Shown here in pieces: positions 9,207 through 20,400 of a stretch of 32,000 nt of DNA (the stretch's first letter is position 1; each line of letters starts with the position of its first letter). The notes below the pieces were generated by a model that searched no databases, was not told the DNA's origin, and was given only the letters and a program-made list of their open reading frames with translations. Source of the stretch: Chlamydiales bacterium (lineage in GTDB: Bacteria > Chlamydiota > Chlamydiia > Chlamydiales > JAAKFR01); assembly GCA_041395025.1 (NCBI GenBank), contig JAWLBH010000001.1:1-32000 (forward strand). Direction: 5' to 3'. A program made the position numbers and the translations under genes.

Positions 9207-11909
9207 ATGTCTTTTTCACATTCTTTTGATTATATGCATCTTACTAATATTCAATTTATTGAAAAGCTTTATATGCAATTTTTATCTGATCCTAATAGGA
9301 TTGATGATTCTTGGCAGTATTTTTTTAGAGGGATGGAGTTTGGAATCAACCAGGTCATTCGAAAAGAACCCAAAGAGGCTATATCAGATCTACGTATTTA
9401 CCATCTAATCTATACTTACCGTACCTATGGATATTTGCAAGCCACTTGTAATCCTATCGCTTTAGACCATCAAAAAAAAATTGAACCACTGCTTTTATCT
9501 TCTTTAGGATTTGATAAAAAAGATTTAGATCAAAAATTTCCTACTTATGGATTAATGAAGGAACCGAAAGCTCCTTTATCAGCAATTCTTCATCTTTTAG
9601 AAGAAACGTATTGTGGAGAGATTGGAATTGATTATATGAGACCGAATCAACCAAAACTTCAATCTTGGATTCAAAATAAGATCGAAACGCAGAGGATGAA
9701 ACCGAATTTTTCCCTCAATGAAAAGCATACAATATTTGAATACTTGACTAAGGCAGAGTTGTTTGAGGTTTTTTTACACACGAAGTATGTTGGACAAAAA
9801 AGATTTTCTTTAGAAGGAGGGGAAACTCTGATTCCGATGTTAGTCTACCTTATTGAGAAAGGAGGAGAGAGTGGAATAGAGGAGTTTGTGATTGGAATGG
9901 CACATAGAGGAAGATTAAATGTACTCTGTAATCTACTTAAGAAATCTTATTCTACAATATTTAGTGAATTTCAAGACGGTATTCATCCTATCGAATCTGT
10001 AGGAGATGTTAAATACCATCAGGGATATGAATCGACTTTCTCTACTCTCTCTGGGAAGGATGTGCATCTTAGTTTAACTCCTAATCCTAGTCATCTTGAG
10101 TCAGTGAATCCAGTGGTAGAAGGAGAGGTCTATGCTAAACAACTTCAGCGTGGTGATCATAAGCAAACGAAAGTTGTTCCTATTTTGATTCATGGAGATG
10201 CAGCTATTGCAGGTCAGGGGGTGGTCTATGAAACGATGCAAATGCATTCTATTCAAGGCTATTCAACAGGTGGCACAATTCATATTATTCTCAATAACCA
10301 AATTGGGTTTACTACACTATCACATGAATATCGTTCAAGTCACTATAGCACAGATATTGCTCATGCATTTGGGTTTCCCATATTTCATCTTAATGCAGAA
10401 GACCCAGAAGGTTGTCTTTATGTTGCAGAACTCGCTTTACAGATTCGTCAGGAATTTCATATTGATGTGTTACTCGAACTCAATTGCTACAGAAAATATG
10501 GACATAATGAAAGTGATGAACCCCTATTTACTCAACCTCTTGAATACACTTTGATAAAAAAGAAACAGTCAATAAGAGAAATCTATAGAGATAGGCTATT
10601 CAATCAGAATAAATTAGAGAGAAAAATAGCTCTTAACATTGAAAAAAACATGAAGGAGATTTTTGACCTTAACTTAGAACAAGTCAAGCTCTTAAACCAT
10701 CTACCTGAACCACCATCTGATAAAAAATCTGATGAGATCGAGATTTTTGAATCTCTAACTACGGCAATTCCATCAATTTTATTAAAAGAGATCGCGAAAA
10801 AATTTACAATTGTCCCAGAAGGACTGGAAATTCATAGCAAGTTAAGAAAACTGATTCAACATCGTCAAGAGGTGATAGAAAAAGAACTAGAGGTTGATTG
10901 GGCTATGGGAGAACATTTAGCTTTTGCCACCCTTTTATGGGAAGGGATTCATGTCCGCTTATCAGGTCAAGATAGCCAAAGAGGCACTTTTACCCAGCGT
11001 CATGCTGTTTGGGTCGATCAAAAAACAGGCAATCGTTATTTTCCTTTATCTCATCTTAAACAGGAACAAGGACTTTTTAGAGTCTATAACTCCTCTCTGT
11101 CTGAATTTGGAGTCTTAGGATTTGAATTTGGGTATAGCTTAGCCTATCCTAGTGCTCTTGTCCTATGGGAAGCACAATTTGGAGATTTTGCCAATGGGGG
11201 ACAGGTCATTTTCGATCAATATCTTGCAAGCTCTGAAAAAAAATGGCTTAGAGCTTCTGGGTTGGTTGTCCTGCTACCACATGGATATGAAGGACAAGGA
11301 GCGGAACACTCTTCTTCTCGCATTGAGCGTTTTTTACAACTAGCGGCTCAATCAAATATGCAAATTGTCTATCCAACAACTCCTGCTCAATATTTTCATC
11401 TTTTAAGGCGTCAGGTTAAGCGCAAGAGACGGATTCCTTTGATCATATTCACACCAAAAGGATTATTAAGATCTCCTGGGTGTAAGAGTCCTTTTGAAGA
11501 TTTTTCAAAAAAAACATTTCAGGAAATCCTCGATGATCCAACAACTCCTATTGAAGCAGAGCGATTAATCTTATGTTGTGGACGGATCTACTATGACCTA
11601 ATTGAGGCAAGAAGGCATCAGCAGAAAAAGACTGCAATTATTCGTCTTGAACAGCTTTATCCTATCCACCTTGAAATGATGAAAAAGCTGATAAACGAGT
11701 ACAAACATATTAAAGAATACTATTGGGTACAAGAAGAGCCTTTCAATATGGGAGCCTACAGATATATCTTGCCTATTTTGCAGCAAGTCTTGCCTAAAAC
11801 AGCTTCTATAAAATATGTAGGAAGAAAAGAAAGTGCTGTGACTGCTACAGGTTCTTATAGACAACACTTATATGAACAGGATCAAATCATGAAAGAGGCA
11901 TTTGGTTGA
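9207..11909 (+). CDS. sucA: 2-oxoglutarate dehydrogenase E1 component
   Basis: 900 aa. Motifs seen: GMAHRGRLNVL, HGDAAIAGQGVVYETMQM, NNQIGFTT, RKYGHNESDEP, GQDSQRGTFTQRHAV, EAQFGDFANGGQ, LLPHGYEGQGAEHSS. Confidence 0.95.
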   Translation: MSFSHSFDYMHLTNIQFIEKLYMQFLSDPNRIDDSWQYFFRGMEFGINQVIRKEPKEAISDLRIYHLIYTYRTYGYLQATCNPIALDHQKKIEPLLLSSLGFDKKDLDQKFPTYGLMKEPKAPLSAILHLLEETYCGEIGIDYMRPNQPKLQSWIQNKIETQRMKPNFSLNEKHTIFEYLTKAELFEVFLHTKYVGQKRFSLEGGETLIPMLVYLIEKGGESGIEEFVIGMAHRGRLNVLCNLLKKSYSTIFSEFQDGIHPIESVGDVKYHQGYESTFSTLSGKDVHLSLTPNPSHLESVNPVVEGEVYAKQLQRGDHKQTKVVPILIHGDAAIAGQGVVYETMQMHSIQGYSTGGTIHIILNNQIGFTTLSHEYRSSHYSTDIAHAFGFPIFHLNAEDPEGCLYVAELALQIRQEFHIDVLLELNCYRKYGHNESDEPLFTQPLEYTLIKKKQSIREIYRDRLFNQNKLERKIALNIEKNMKEIFDLNLEQVKLLNHLPEPPSDKKSDEIEIFESLTTAIPSILLKEIAKKFTIVPEGLEIHSKLRKLIQHRQEVIEKELEVDWAMGEHLAFATLLWEGIHVRLSGQDSQRGTFTQRHAVWVDQKTGNRYFPLSHLKQEQGLFRVYNSSLSEFGVLGFEFGYSLAYPSALVLWEAQFGDFANGGQVIFDQYLASSEKKWLRASGLVVLLPHGYEGQGAEHSSSRIERFLQLAAQSNMQIVYPTTPAQYFHLLRRQVKRKRRIPLIIFTPKGLLRSPGCKSPFEDFSKKTFQEILDDPTTPIEAERLILCCGRIYYDLIEARRHQQKKTAIIRLEQLYPIHLEMMKKLINEYKHIKEYYWVQEEPFNMGAYRYILPILQQVLPKTASIKYVGRKESAVTATGSYRQHLYEQDQIMKEAFG

Positions 11910-11921
11910 GAGGTGAAAGAT

Positions 11922-13061
11922 ATGAAGGAAGAGATAAAAGTTCCTCCTATGGGAGAGTCGATTAATCAAGTCGAAATTGGGAGATTATTAAAACCCTCTG
12001 GTTCTTTTGTCACTAAGGAAGAAGAAATCATTGAACTTGAAACAGAAAAAGTGAATCAAGTGCTTTATGCTTCTGTTGATGGAAGAGTGGATTGGGAGGT
12101 AAAAGAGGGAGATACTGTGAGAATTGGAGATCTCCTTGGATACATTAATTATGAAGAAAATAGCCTCGATCTTTCGAAGAAAAACTGTAGAAATAAAGAT
12201 ATAGAAAGTACTTTGTCATCGAAAGATGAATCAATTCCACCTTCCTCTTTAGGTCAAGGAGAAAGGCATATGCAAGAAGAATTTATTGCAAATGTGACAC
12301 AAGATCCAAAAACAGAAGCCAAAGAAGTGAGGATAGATCATAAGAATAGTAAGGAAATCCGTCGAGATATGAGCAAAATCCGTAGAACCATTGCTGAGCG
12401 CCTTGTAGAGGCCCTCCATAGCACGGCGATGCTCACCACCTTTAACGAAGTCAATATGAGTGCTATTATTGATTTACGTGCCAAATATAAAGAGCTTTTT
12501 TTGAAAAAGCATGGAGTAAAAATTGGATTTCTCTCTTTTTTTATCAAAGCTGTTGTTGAAGCGCTTAAAATATATCCTGATTTGAATAGTTATATTGATG
12601 GCAATGAGATTGTTCAAAGACGATATTTTAATATTGGAGTGGCGGTGAGCACTGAGCAAGGATTATTTGTTCCTGTTTTAAAAGAATGTGATCGACTCTC
12701 ATTTCCACAGATTGAGCAAAAAATAGATTGCTATGCGAAAAAAGCACGAGAAGGAAAACTTTCAATAGAAGATCTATCAAAAGGAGGATTTACTATTACG
12801 AATGGGGGAGTCTATGGATCTCTCTTCTCCACACCGATTCTTAATCCTCCACAGGTCGGGATTTTAGGAATGCATGCCATTCAACATCGTCCTATTGCGA
12901 TGAATGGCAAAATCATGATTCAACCGATGATGTACTTAGCTTTGAGTTATGACCATCGATTGATCGATGGGAAAGAGGCTATTATGTTTTTAATGCAAGT
13001 GAAAGAGATTTTAGAAGATCCTTCACGTTTACTTTTGATTGAGACAGATGAAAAAATTTGA
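11922..13061 (+). CDS. sucB: Dihydrolipoamide succinyltransferase, E2 of 2-oxoglutarate dehydrogenase
   Basis: One lipoyl domain (ELETEKV lipoyl-lysine motif) and a C-terminal acyltransferase domain with [12 protein letters not shown]. The ORF track starts at GTG 11913. The ATG at 11922 has a GAGAGG RBS 8 nt upstream, so I prefer it. Confidence 0.9.
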   Translation: MKEEIKVPPMGESINQVEIGRLLKPSGSFVTKEEEIIELETEKVNQVLYASVDGRVDWEVKEGDTVRIGDLLGYINYEENSLDLSKKNCRNKDIESTLSSKDESIPPSSLGQGERHMQEEFIANVTQDPKTEAKEVRIDHKNSKEIRRDMSKIRRTIAERLVEALHSTAMLTTFNEVNMSAIIDLRAKYKELFLKKHGVKIGFLSFFIKAVVEALKIYPDLNSYIDGNEIVQRRYFNIGVAVSTEQGLFVPVLKECDRLSFPQIEQKIDCYAKKAREGKLSIEDLSKGGFTITNGGVYGSLFSTPILNPPQVGILGMHAIQHRPIAMNGKIMIQPMMYLALSYDHRLIDGKEAIMFLMQVKEILEDPSRLLLIETDEKI

Positions 13062-14418
13062 TTTGATTGTCGTTGGGGCAGGTCCCGGAGGCTATGTAGC
13101 TGCCATTCGAGCCGCTCAACGTGGCTTAAAAGTGGCTTGTGTAGAAAAACATGCTCTTGGTGGAACTTGTCTTAATGTAGGATGTATTCCTTCTAAAGCC
13201 CTTCTTCATTCTACAGAATATTATGATAAAATTCTTTCGGAAGGTAAAGAACATGGAATTGAAATTCAAGGTCTTAAAATCAATCTTGAGACTATGATGA
13301 AGCGTAAAGAAAAGATTGTGGCTAATCTAATTCATGGAATTCACTTTCTTTTTAAAAAATATCAAGTGGATCAGTTGATTGGAAAAGCGAGTTTATTATC
13401 TCCAAATTCTCTTTCTGTCAATGGTCAATCTTATTCAAGTCAACATATTCTCTTAGCCACGGGATCAGAACCGATCCCCATGGACTCTCTACCTTTTGAT
13501 CAAAGACATATTTTCTCTTCCACAGATTTACTCAGTTTTTCTCATATCCCTAAAAAACTGTTAATTGTTGGAGGGGGGATCATTGGATTAGAGCTTGGTT
13601 CAATTTATCAACGTATGGGTACAGAAATAGAGGTGGTTGAACTCTTCGATCGTCTAACTCCTTTTTTTGACTATGAAATCTCTGAGATATTGTTAAAAAT
13701 GTTCAGTAAAAGAGGAATGGTATTTCATTTTAAAGAAAAAGTGATTAGAGGAAATATCGAAGGAAATACTGTTGAACTGTTACTTGAATCTAATAAGCGG
13801 TTAAAAGGAGAGGGTGTCTTATTCGCTATTGGAAGACGCCCTTATACAAAGGGCCTTGGATTAGAAAAAGTAGGCATTCAAACTGATCCTAAAGGAAGGA
13901 TTCCTGTAGATGGATCATTTCGCACCTCTATCCCTACCATTTATGCGATAGGAGATCTCATCAATGGACCTATGCTTGCTCATAAGGCTTCAGAAGAGGG
14001 AATGGCCGTGGTAGATCTTATCTGTGGAGATAAGGTGAAGATCGACTATATGACCATTCCTAATATCATGTATACATGGCCAGAAGTTGCTTCTGTGGGA
14101 ATGACAGAAGAGGCTGCGCGACAATCAGGACTCTCTCTAAGAATCGGTAAAATACCTTTTCAGATGATTCCAAGAGCACGTTGTAGTGGAGATACTGAAG
14201 GGATAGTCAAATTAATTGGAGAGAAAAAAAACGATCGACTCATCGGGATGCAGATCATGGGACCCAATGCCTCTGAGATGATTCATGAGGGAGTGATCGC
14301 CATCAAAAAGGAAATGACGTTATTAGAAATTGCACGAATTTCACATGCCCATCCCACATGCAGTGAAGCAATCAAAGAAGCTGCTATGCTAGCTCATCAC
14401 CAAGCGATTCATCTCTAA
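13048..14418 (+). CDS. lpdA: Dihydrolipoyl dehydrogenase (E3)
   Basis: Contains [13 protein letters not shown] (FAD-binding site), [13 protein letters not shown] (redox disulfide) and the C-terminal HAHPT. The ORF track starts at TTG 13039. The ATG at 13048 gives the typical [13 protein letters not shown]-terminus. Overlaps the end of sucB. Confidence 0.9.
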   Translation: MKKFDLIVVGAGPGGYVAAIRAAQRGLKVACVEKHALGGTCLNVGCIPSKALLHSTEYYDKILSEGKEHGIEIQGLKINLETMMKRKEKIVANLIHGIHFLFKKYQVDQLIGKASLLSPNSLSVNGQSYSSQHILLATGSEPIPMDSLPFDQRHIFSSTDLLSFSHIPKKLLIVGGGIIGLELGSIYQRMGTEIEVVELFDRLTPFFDYEISEILLKMFSKRGMVFHFKEKVIRGNIEGNTVELLLESNKRLKGEGVLFAIGRRPYTKGLGLEKVGIQTDPKGRIPVDGSFRTSIPTIYAIGDLINGPMLAHKASEEGMAVVDLICGDKVKIDYMTIPNIMYTWPEVASVGMTEEAARQSGLSLRIGKIPFQMIPRARCSGDTEGIVKLIGEKKNDRLIGMQIMGPNASEMIHEGVIAIKKEMTLLEIARISHAHPTCSEAIKEAAMLAHHQAIHL

Positions 14419-14477
14419 AAGTTTTGAGATATAGGAGGTGTTTTACTAGCCATCATTTAGAATTGCTGGAAGCCATT

Positions 14478-17400
14478 TTACTGCTTCTTCTTTATTTCAC
14501 CTTTCTTTATTTCACTTTTGCGCTTGTCTAATTTCGCTGAAAGGTCTAAAACATGTTTTAGAAATTCTACACTTTTTTGATGACACTTAGCCTCATCTTC
14601 GGTAAAAGCTTTAAAGGCAACCTTATGGTTAGGCATATCTCCCTCCACAAGTTTACGATATTTTGGAGTTTTTGCTTTTATCTTGATAGTTTGTTGAAGA
14701 TCATTGTTAATGAATGGTAGAAATGGAAACTGATTTAAAAATTCGATATCCTTATAGAGGATCCCTTTTCCTTTCAAATCCCTAAATATCTCTACATTGT
14801 ATTCCATAATAGTTTTTGAAATCTCGATTGATTTTTCTAAGTCTCGTATTTGTTTTTCTAATACTAGGATATTTTCTTGAGTTTGTCTTATCTCCTCTTG
14901 TGACTTTTTTACTTCAGCAATTAGATGAAGAGTATTTTCAAGATTTTGTGCGGCTCCAGGAAGCGTTGAGTTAAATAAATTGTTACAATCATCTACCGTG
15001 CAGCTTGATGCCGTATCTAAATTATTGCCATGAACTATATGAAGGATCATCCCATATATGAAATCTAGTAATTTGGGCTCTGGATAGTTCTCAATCGGCA
15101 TATTGTTATCGAGCTGTTTTTTAGCATTTGTCAGAATACTCCTCATGTCCTCTTTACTTACCAGAATCTTATTTTTAAATTCATCTGGGGTCTTACTCTG
15201 CCATTTTCTCGGATTACCTAGTTTTGAAAAATTTATCTCTAAATTATTCGCTAGTGTAGGGTCTGCTGCAAAGTTTGCTAGGTCGCGATTGATCTCTTGA
15301 AATACCGTTATTGCATACCGTATCATATCTCGATATGCCGTCATATAGTTCGATTGGCTTGCTAGATCTAAATTCGATATATCCATCTGAAGGTTCCATT
15401 TATACCGTGCTGTTAAGTCCGAGTCATCCATTGAAGTTCGTCGTCTATTCAAACCTTCGATCATCCTTTCTGATAAACTAAAACTCTTTGTGTTTCGTAT
15501 CCGGTTAATCATCCCGCGCTGGATCTCACTTATCTTTGTCTCCTGATTAGTTAATTCGGTGTGCATAGTATGAAGTTCCTGCTGTTTCCCTAGTAAATGG
15601 GCATTTATTGATAATGCTTTCGAACTATCTACCCATGGGTATGGGAAATCATCATCTTCAATAGCTTGGATAGCTTGATTAATGTAGTAATTATTCCTAG
15701 GAAATGAGAGGTTGCTATCCAGACCATCACCCCCCGATATCTTGATCTGAACATTTTCACCTATAGATGCTATAGAAATCTCATATTGATAATCTTTTGT
15801 CACTCCAAAATGTTCATTAGGTGTAAAAAGATTCAGTTGAGGCTCTGGCGGTACGATTTCGTAAGTTAGAGTAGGCAATAGGTCCTCTGGGAGAACGTTA
15901 CTAATTTCATAACAGTTGCGTAATGCTGCTGTATTTGGGAATTGACTTGGTTCTGGAATCTGATCTGCATTCGCAAGAGCAAGACCTCGGATTTGTCCCC
16001 ATGTGCTATCAAGGATATCGTCAGGTTTATTCTTTCGAATATCGATGAGTTGTTCTGGTTTTGCTTTTTTTGCAATTTCAGCTTCTTCAAATGTGATTAA
16101 GCAATACCTCCTGACCTCGTCCTGATCTGGATCCGGATTAGAATGAAAAATAAAATGAGAATATGCTCCATCATTTACGACTCCTTGGCTTAAATAAAAC
16201 AACGGTGGTTTATACAACTGTTGATTGCCATTTCTGAAAAGACGAGCAATCATATGTTTTAATTCCTTGCATTCAGATAGTCGTCTCCAGTTCTTCTCAT
16301 CAAGGAAAGAATCATCTACTTCTACAGACTTTTCTTTAGCCATTTGAAGATCTAAACGAGGGAGACCTGGTTGTGAGTGCACTTCAGCCTGAGCTAGTGT
16401 TTCTGTGCATGCTTCTGCTTCCGCTTCTGCTTGTGCTTGCGCTTCTACTTGTGCTTGCGCCTGTGCTTGGACTTGAGAATTAGTATCTAAGATCTCTACC
16501 TTTCTATTTTCAGGATAAACTTTTTTAAATTGATTAATAGAGTGAGCTATTCTATTTGTTGAATAGTGATTTATATATTCATTTTCTTCTTCAAATTCTA
16601 CATCTTTGTTTTCCTCTCTATAATAACGCCTTTTTAATGCTCGATAAGCATTGAATATTTCCTGTATGTTCAATGTAATCTCTTCTTCTATTGTTTCTAC
16701 AAACTCGTCACGAGACATACTTTTCATCGCTTGGCCATATTTACCGTAGAGTTCTTTCTGAGATTCATCGATCAAAGATTGTAATTTATTTCTCCTTTTT
16801 AGAAACATTTTATAGGAATCTCGTATATGCGTATTTCCTACACCATTTTGACTAAAAAAAAGTTTCAGTATTCTACTTTCTAAGTAACCTGCAGCTGTTT
16901 TAAAATGAGCATTCATCTCTTTTTTGAAAATGATTAGAGATTGTTCAATCTCTATATCTTTCTCACAAAGACAGAGATAGCGAGCAATTTCCTTAGCCTC
17001 GATTTTAAAGGGAGGTTTTATACTCCTTATCCTATTCAATTTTTTATTTAATTTCTCGTGTTCGGTCTGTAAGGCAATTATTGGTTCTGATACTTCTTTC
17101 TTCTGGTTTCTTCGTCTATCGTCCAATTTCTTTTGTAGACACGTTAGTTGTTTATTTGTTTCATTTATAGAAATAAGTACTTCATTTTCTAAACGCTTCT
17201 TGACAATGTTACGAAATTGCTCTGTTCCAGCAAAAGAAAATCTTTGTTCAGAGGCTGGATTCACAATATTACGTAAACGTAAAATCGTTTGTTTTGCATC
17301 ACTATTCGTCACATTTTCATCAATTGTGACTAAGCAATGAATCCCCATAGCCTGTTTCACATCTGAACCACGACAGTTTTTTTGTTTATAAAAAGTAAAG

Positions 17401-20400
17401 TACTTTTTACTACTAAGGGCTGCAATTTCCATATCTGTTGTGCAAGGAATCGCTAGCTTGTTTGGGCCACGATAAAGACGCTTGATATTATCTTTTCCGT
17501 AGTAAATGATTCCTTCAATACCATTAAATATCTCTCTTTTGTTTTGGATTTGTTGCCATAATTCCTGAACAACCGTCTCTGGAGTTCCATCACGACTCTT
17601 ACAAATCCCTGCGCTATCTGCAATTGCACGTGTTGAAGACTCACAACAATTAAGCAAATGTTCAATGGTGCTTTTTAGATAATTATTAGAATCTGGAGGT
17701 GGAAACCATTTAACTTCTTGGTTATTTTCTCTTCCCATGATATCAAAGGTCAATAATCCATCAGCAGCAGGATCAGGTGCTTGTTTTTCAAAGTATGAGG
17801 AAGTTCCACCTACTGTCCCTGAACATCCTACGATAAGATCATTGGGAGAGCCTTGTTCGTAACGATTACTTTTTGCACATCCCTGATCAGCTCGTACTTG
17901 TTTGGCTACAACTAATGCTCCAAAAAATTGGCGAAACTTTAGAGTAGGCTGAGCCATAAATTCATTATAAAATTTTTCTTTAGATCGATTTAAATCATCT
18001 ATATCTAGATTTTTAGAGAGTAATTTTAGTTCTTTAATAACTTTATCCGCTGTATCTTTTCCTAAATAGTTTTCACAAAATGGCAATGCCGCATTTTGTT
18101 GGATTTGGGAAATTAAAAAATCTAAATGAGGATTAATAGCAAAACTGGTTTCCAGAGAATTGTAGTAGAGCAAGGTAGTAATAGCAGCGACTTCAGTATT
18201 ATCAAAAATAGAATTTCCTTTAGGATTATTTGCCCCTTCATAAGGAACAGAAATAAGCAAAGAGGCTTTCGAGTCAGCATCATACGAATACTCTCTTGCA
18301 CCTGTTGCCGGATTAATCACAAATCGTGCTCCAAATTCTGTATTAGCTTTTTTGGTAGTAATTATGGAGAGCATATAGCTATCAAGAAGCAACATACGTA
18401 TTAAAAAGATGGTTATATTCCAACGATCATCATGACTAACACAGTCTTTATCCCAATTAAAGTGCTCTGGACTGTATTTTACCTTTGGGTCTATTAGATA
18501 ATCAATTAGGCCAGTCTTGAAATCAGGCAGTGAATTGGGATTCAGCATATGATCAATTAGCTCGCTCGCTCGTTCCTTTTTCTTAGTCCAATCTTTATTC
18601 TTATTTTTTTGAATATAGTCTGTTAGTTCTGCAAGAGGTATAACGATGGCTTCGCGAATAGGGACTTTTTCACCTCGGGTAAAATTGACTTCACGAGATC
18701 TAATATCTTGAGTATCATCCAGCTCATCAAAAATAGTATAAGAGGATAAACTACGAATTTTCGATAACCATGTTTTTGCCTCAAAACGCAAATTGTCTGC
18801 ATCCGAGTATTCATCATTAAGTAATATCTTTGAAAACTCAATTTCTTGGGCTTCTAAAGCACACCGAGTTTCTGGAGGTTGAATCAGAACATCTCCATTA
18901 TTACGCACTTTTTCGTAAAAAGCATATCGGGTTTTTAAATCTTCTAGAATCCAGTGAAAAGATTTTTTGGGGTTTTTAGCATCAATTTGATAGCGTAAAA
19001 ATTCTGTATCTTTGATCACATGACTTCCAAGAATTCCTTGGATTTGATGGTTGAAAGATTTAGCATTATCTTCAAGGACAGCACGAGGAACCACATAACG
19101 TACAAGGTGTCGTTCTTCTTTAGGTAAATTACGTTCTTTTGCAACCTGTGCAATTGATAAAAGGGGAAGTAGGGCAGTTTTACCAAAACCCATACGCGCT
19201 TGAATCGCATCGATGCCTTCTGGATCTTTTTTTCCTAACATCAAAGCACGGAAAATACGTGCTTGCATCATATTACAGCGATTTCCGTACTGACCTTCAA
19301 AAACAAGAAATGTACGTTGAATAATTTGTTCTAAGAGTTTTTCACCTTCCAAGTTCTCTTCAGAAAGAAGATCGACAGAATAATTTCTCTTTGTCTGTAA
19401 TAGCTGAAACTTATTCCGCTCTCCTTTTAAAGGAGCTGCAAAAATATTTTTTACGTGTTGACATTCCGTTTTATAGATTAGGTAGTGTGTCAACGTCTGT
19501 TTTAGGCGAGACTGGGTACCGGGTTTTTCTCCTTCTTGAACTGAAAATTTAGAAAAGTCATTCGTAATATAAGCGTATTTAAGATCTCCCATCGATTGTC
19601 CAGGACGCAACTCTGCTTTTAAAACTGCTTTTGCTTCAAGATAGTGTTGCAAATCTTTCTTATACTTCTCTTTTAATTGAGCCGAAATCTCTTTTTCTGC
19701 ACCTTTTTTAAATGCAAATTCAAAACCTGACTGCGCAGCTCGAGATAAGAAAACATGAAGTCTTTGAATAGCTTGGGTCGTTTCTTTCTCTGTTTTTAGA
19801 CATTGAACAAGAAGAGATCTTAATTCATCTCGCGGAAAATCTTTTCCTAGCCGATCCAAAGAGGCAACACGATAGTAATTGTCGACTGGATCTCGAGTAG
19901 GTTGAATAATATTTAACTCCACTAATTTATTAAAAATCGTTCTAATATCTTCTTTTTTAAGCCCATAAAGCGCTTCACCTTGGCTATTAGTTTGATAATC
20001 TGCGAGCAATGCATCGCAATTAAAGACCCCAATACTTTCAAGATAATACCCTCTGACTTGATCATAGATAATTTTTCTAGATTCTTGTATAAGAGATTTT
20101 TGTGATTGTGAAATCTCTTTTTTAAGGTTTTTTAGTTTTCCTTCAATTTTTTCAGTAGAAAAAATCTGTTCTAGAGGTGTCTTTGTAGCTAGAGCTACTA
20201 TTGTTTTGATAGCCTCAGATTTAGAAAGAGAAGCAGCTGGGGCTTCTTCCTCTATCTCTTGGTCGCTAAATACAACTGGGGCTTCTTCCTCTATTTCTTT
20301 GTTGTTGAATACTTCATTGATCCGTACGAAAAAACCCTGCAAGATTTTTAGGTTATTTTGATCCTGAGAGGCTTGGTCGGACTGTGGGCTTGGTTTAGAA

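Noticed and set aside
2232-12659. Other nested ORFs within slc1, pepA, holA, the methyltransferase gene, sucA and sucB (2232-2423, 3956-4171, 6250-6465, 6643-6969, 9226-9408, 10192-10554, 10924-11118, 11152-11343, 11598-11867, 12338-12547, 12474-12659)
   Set aside because: Each overlaps a gene with clear family motifs in another frame, and none has a recognisable product.
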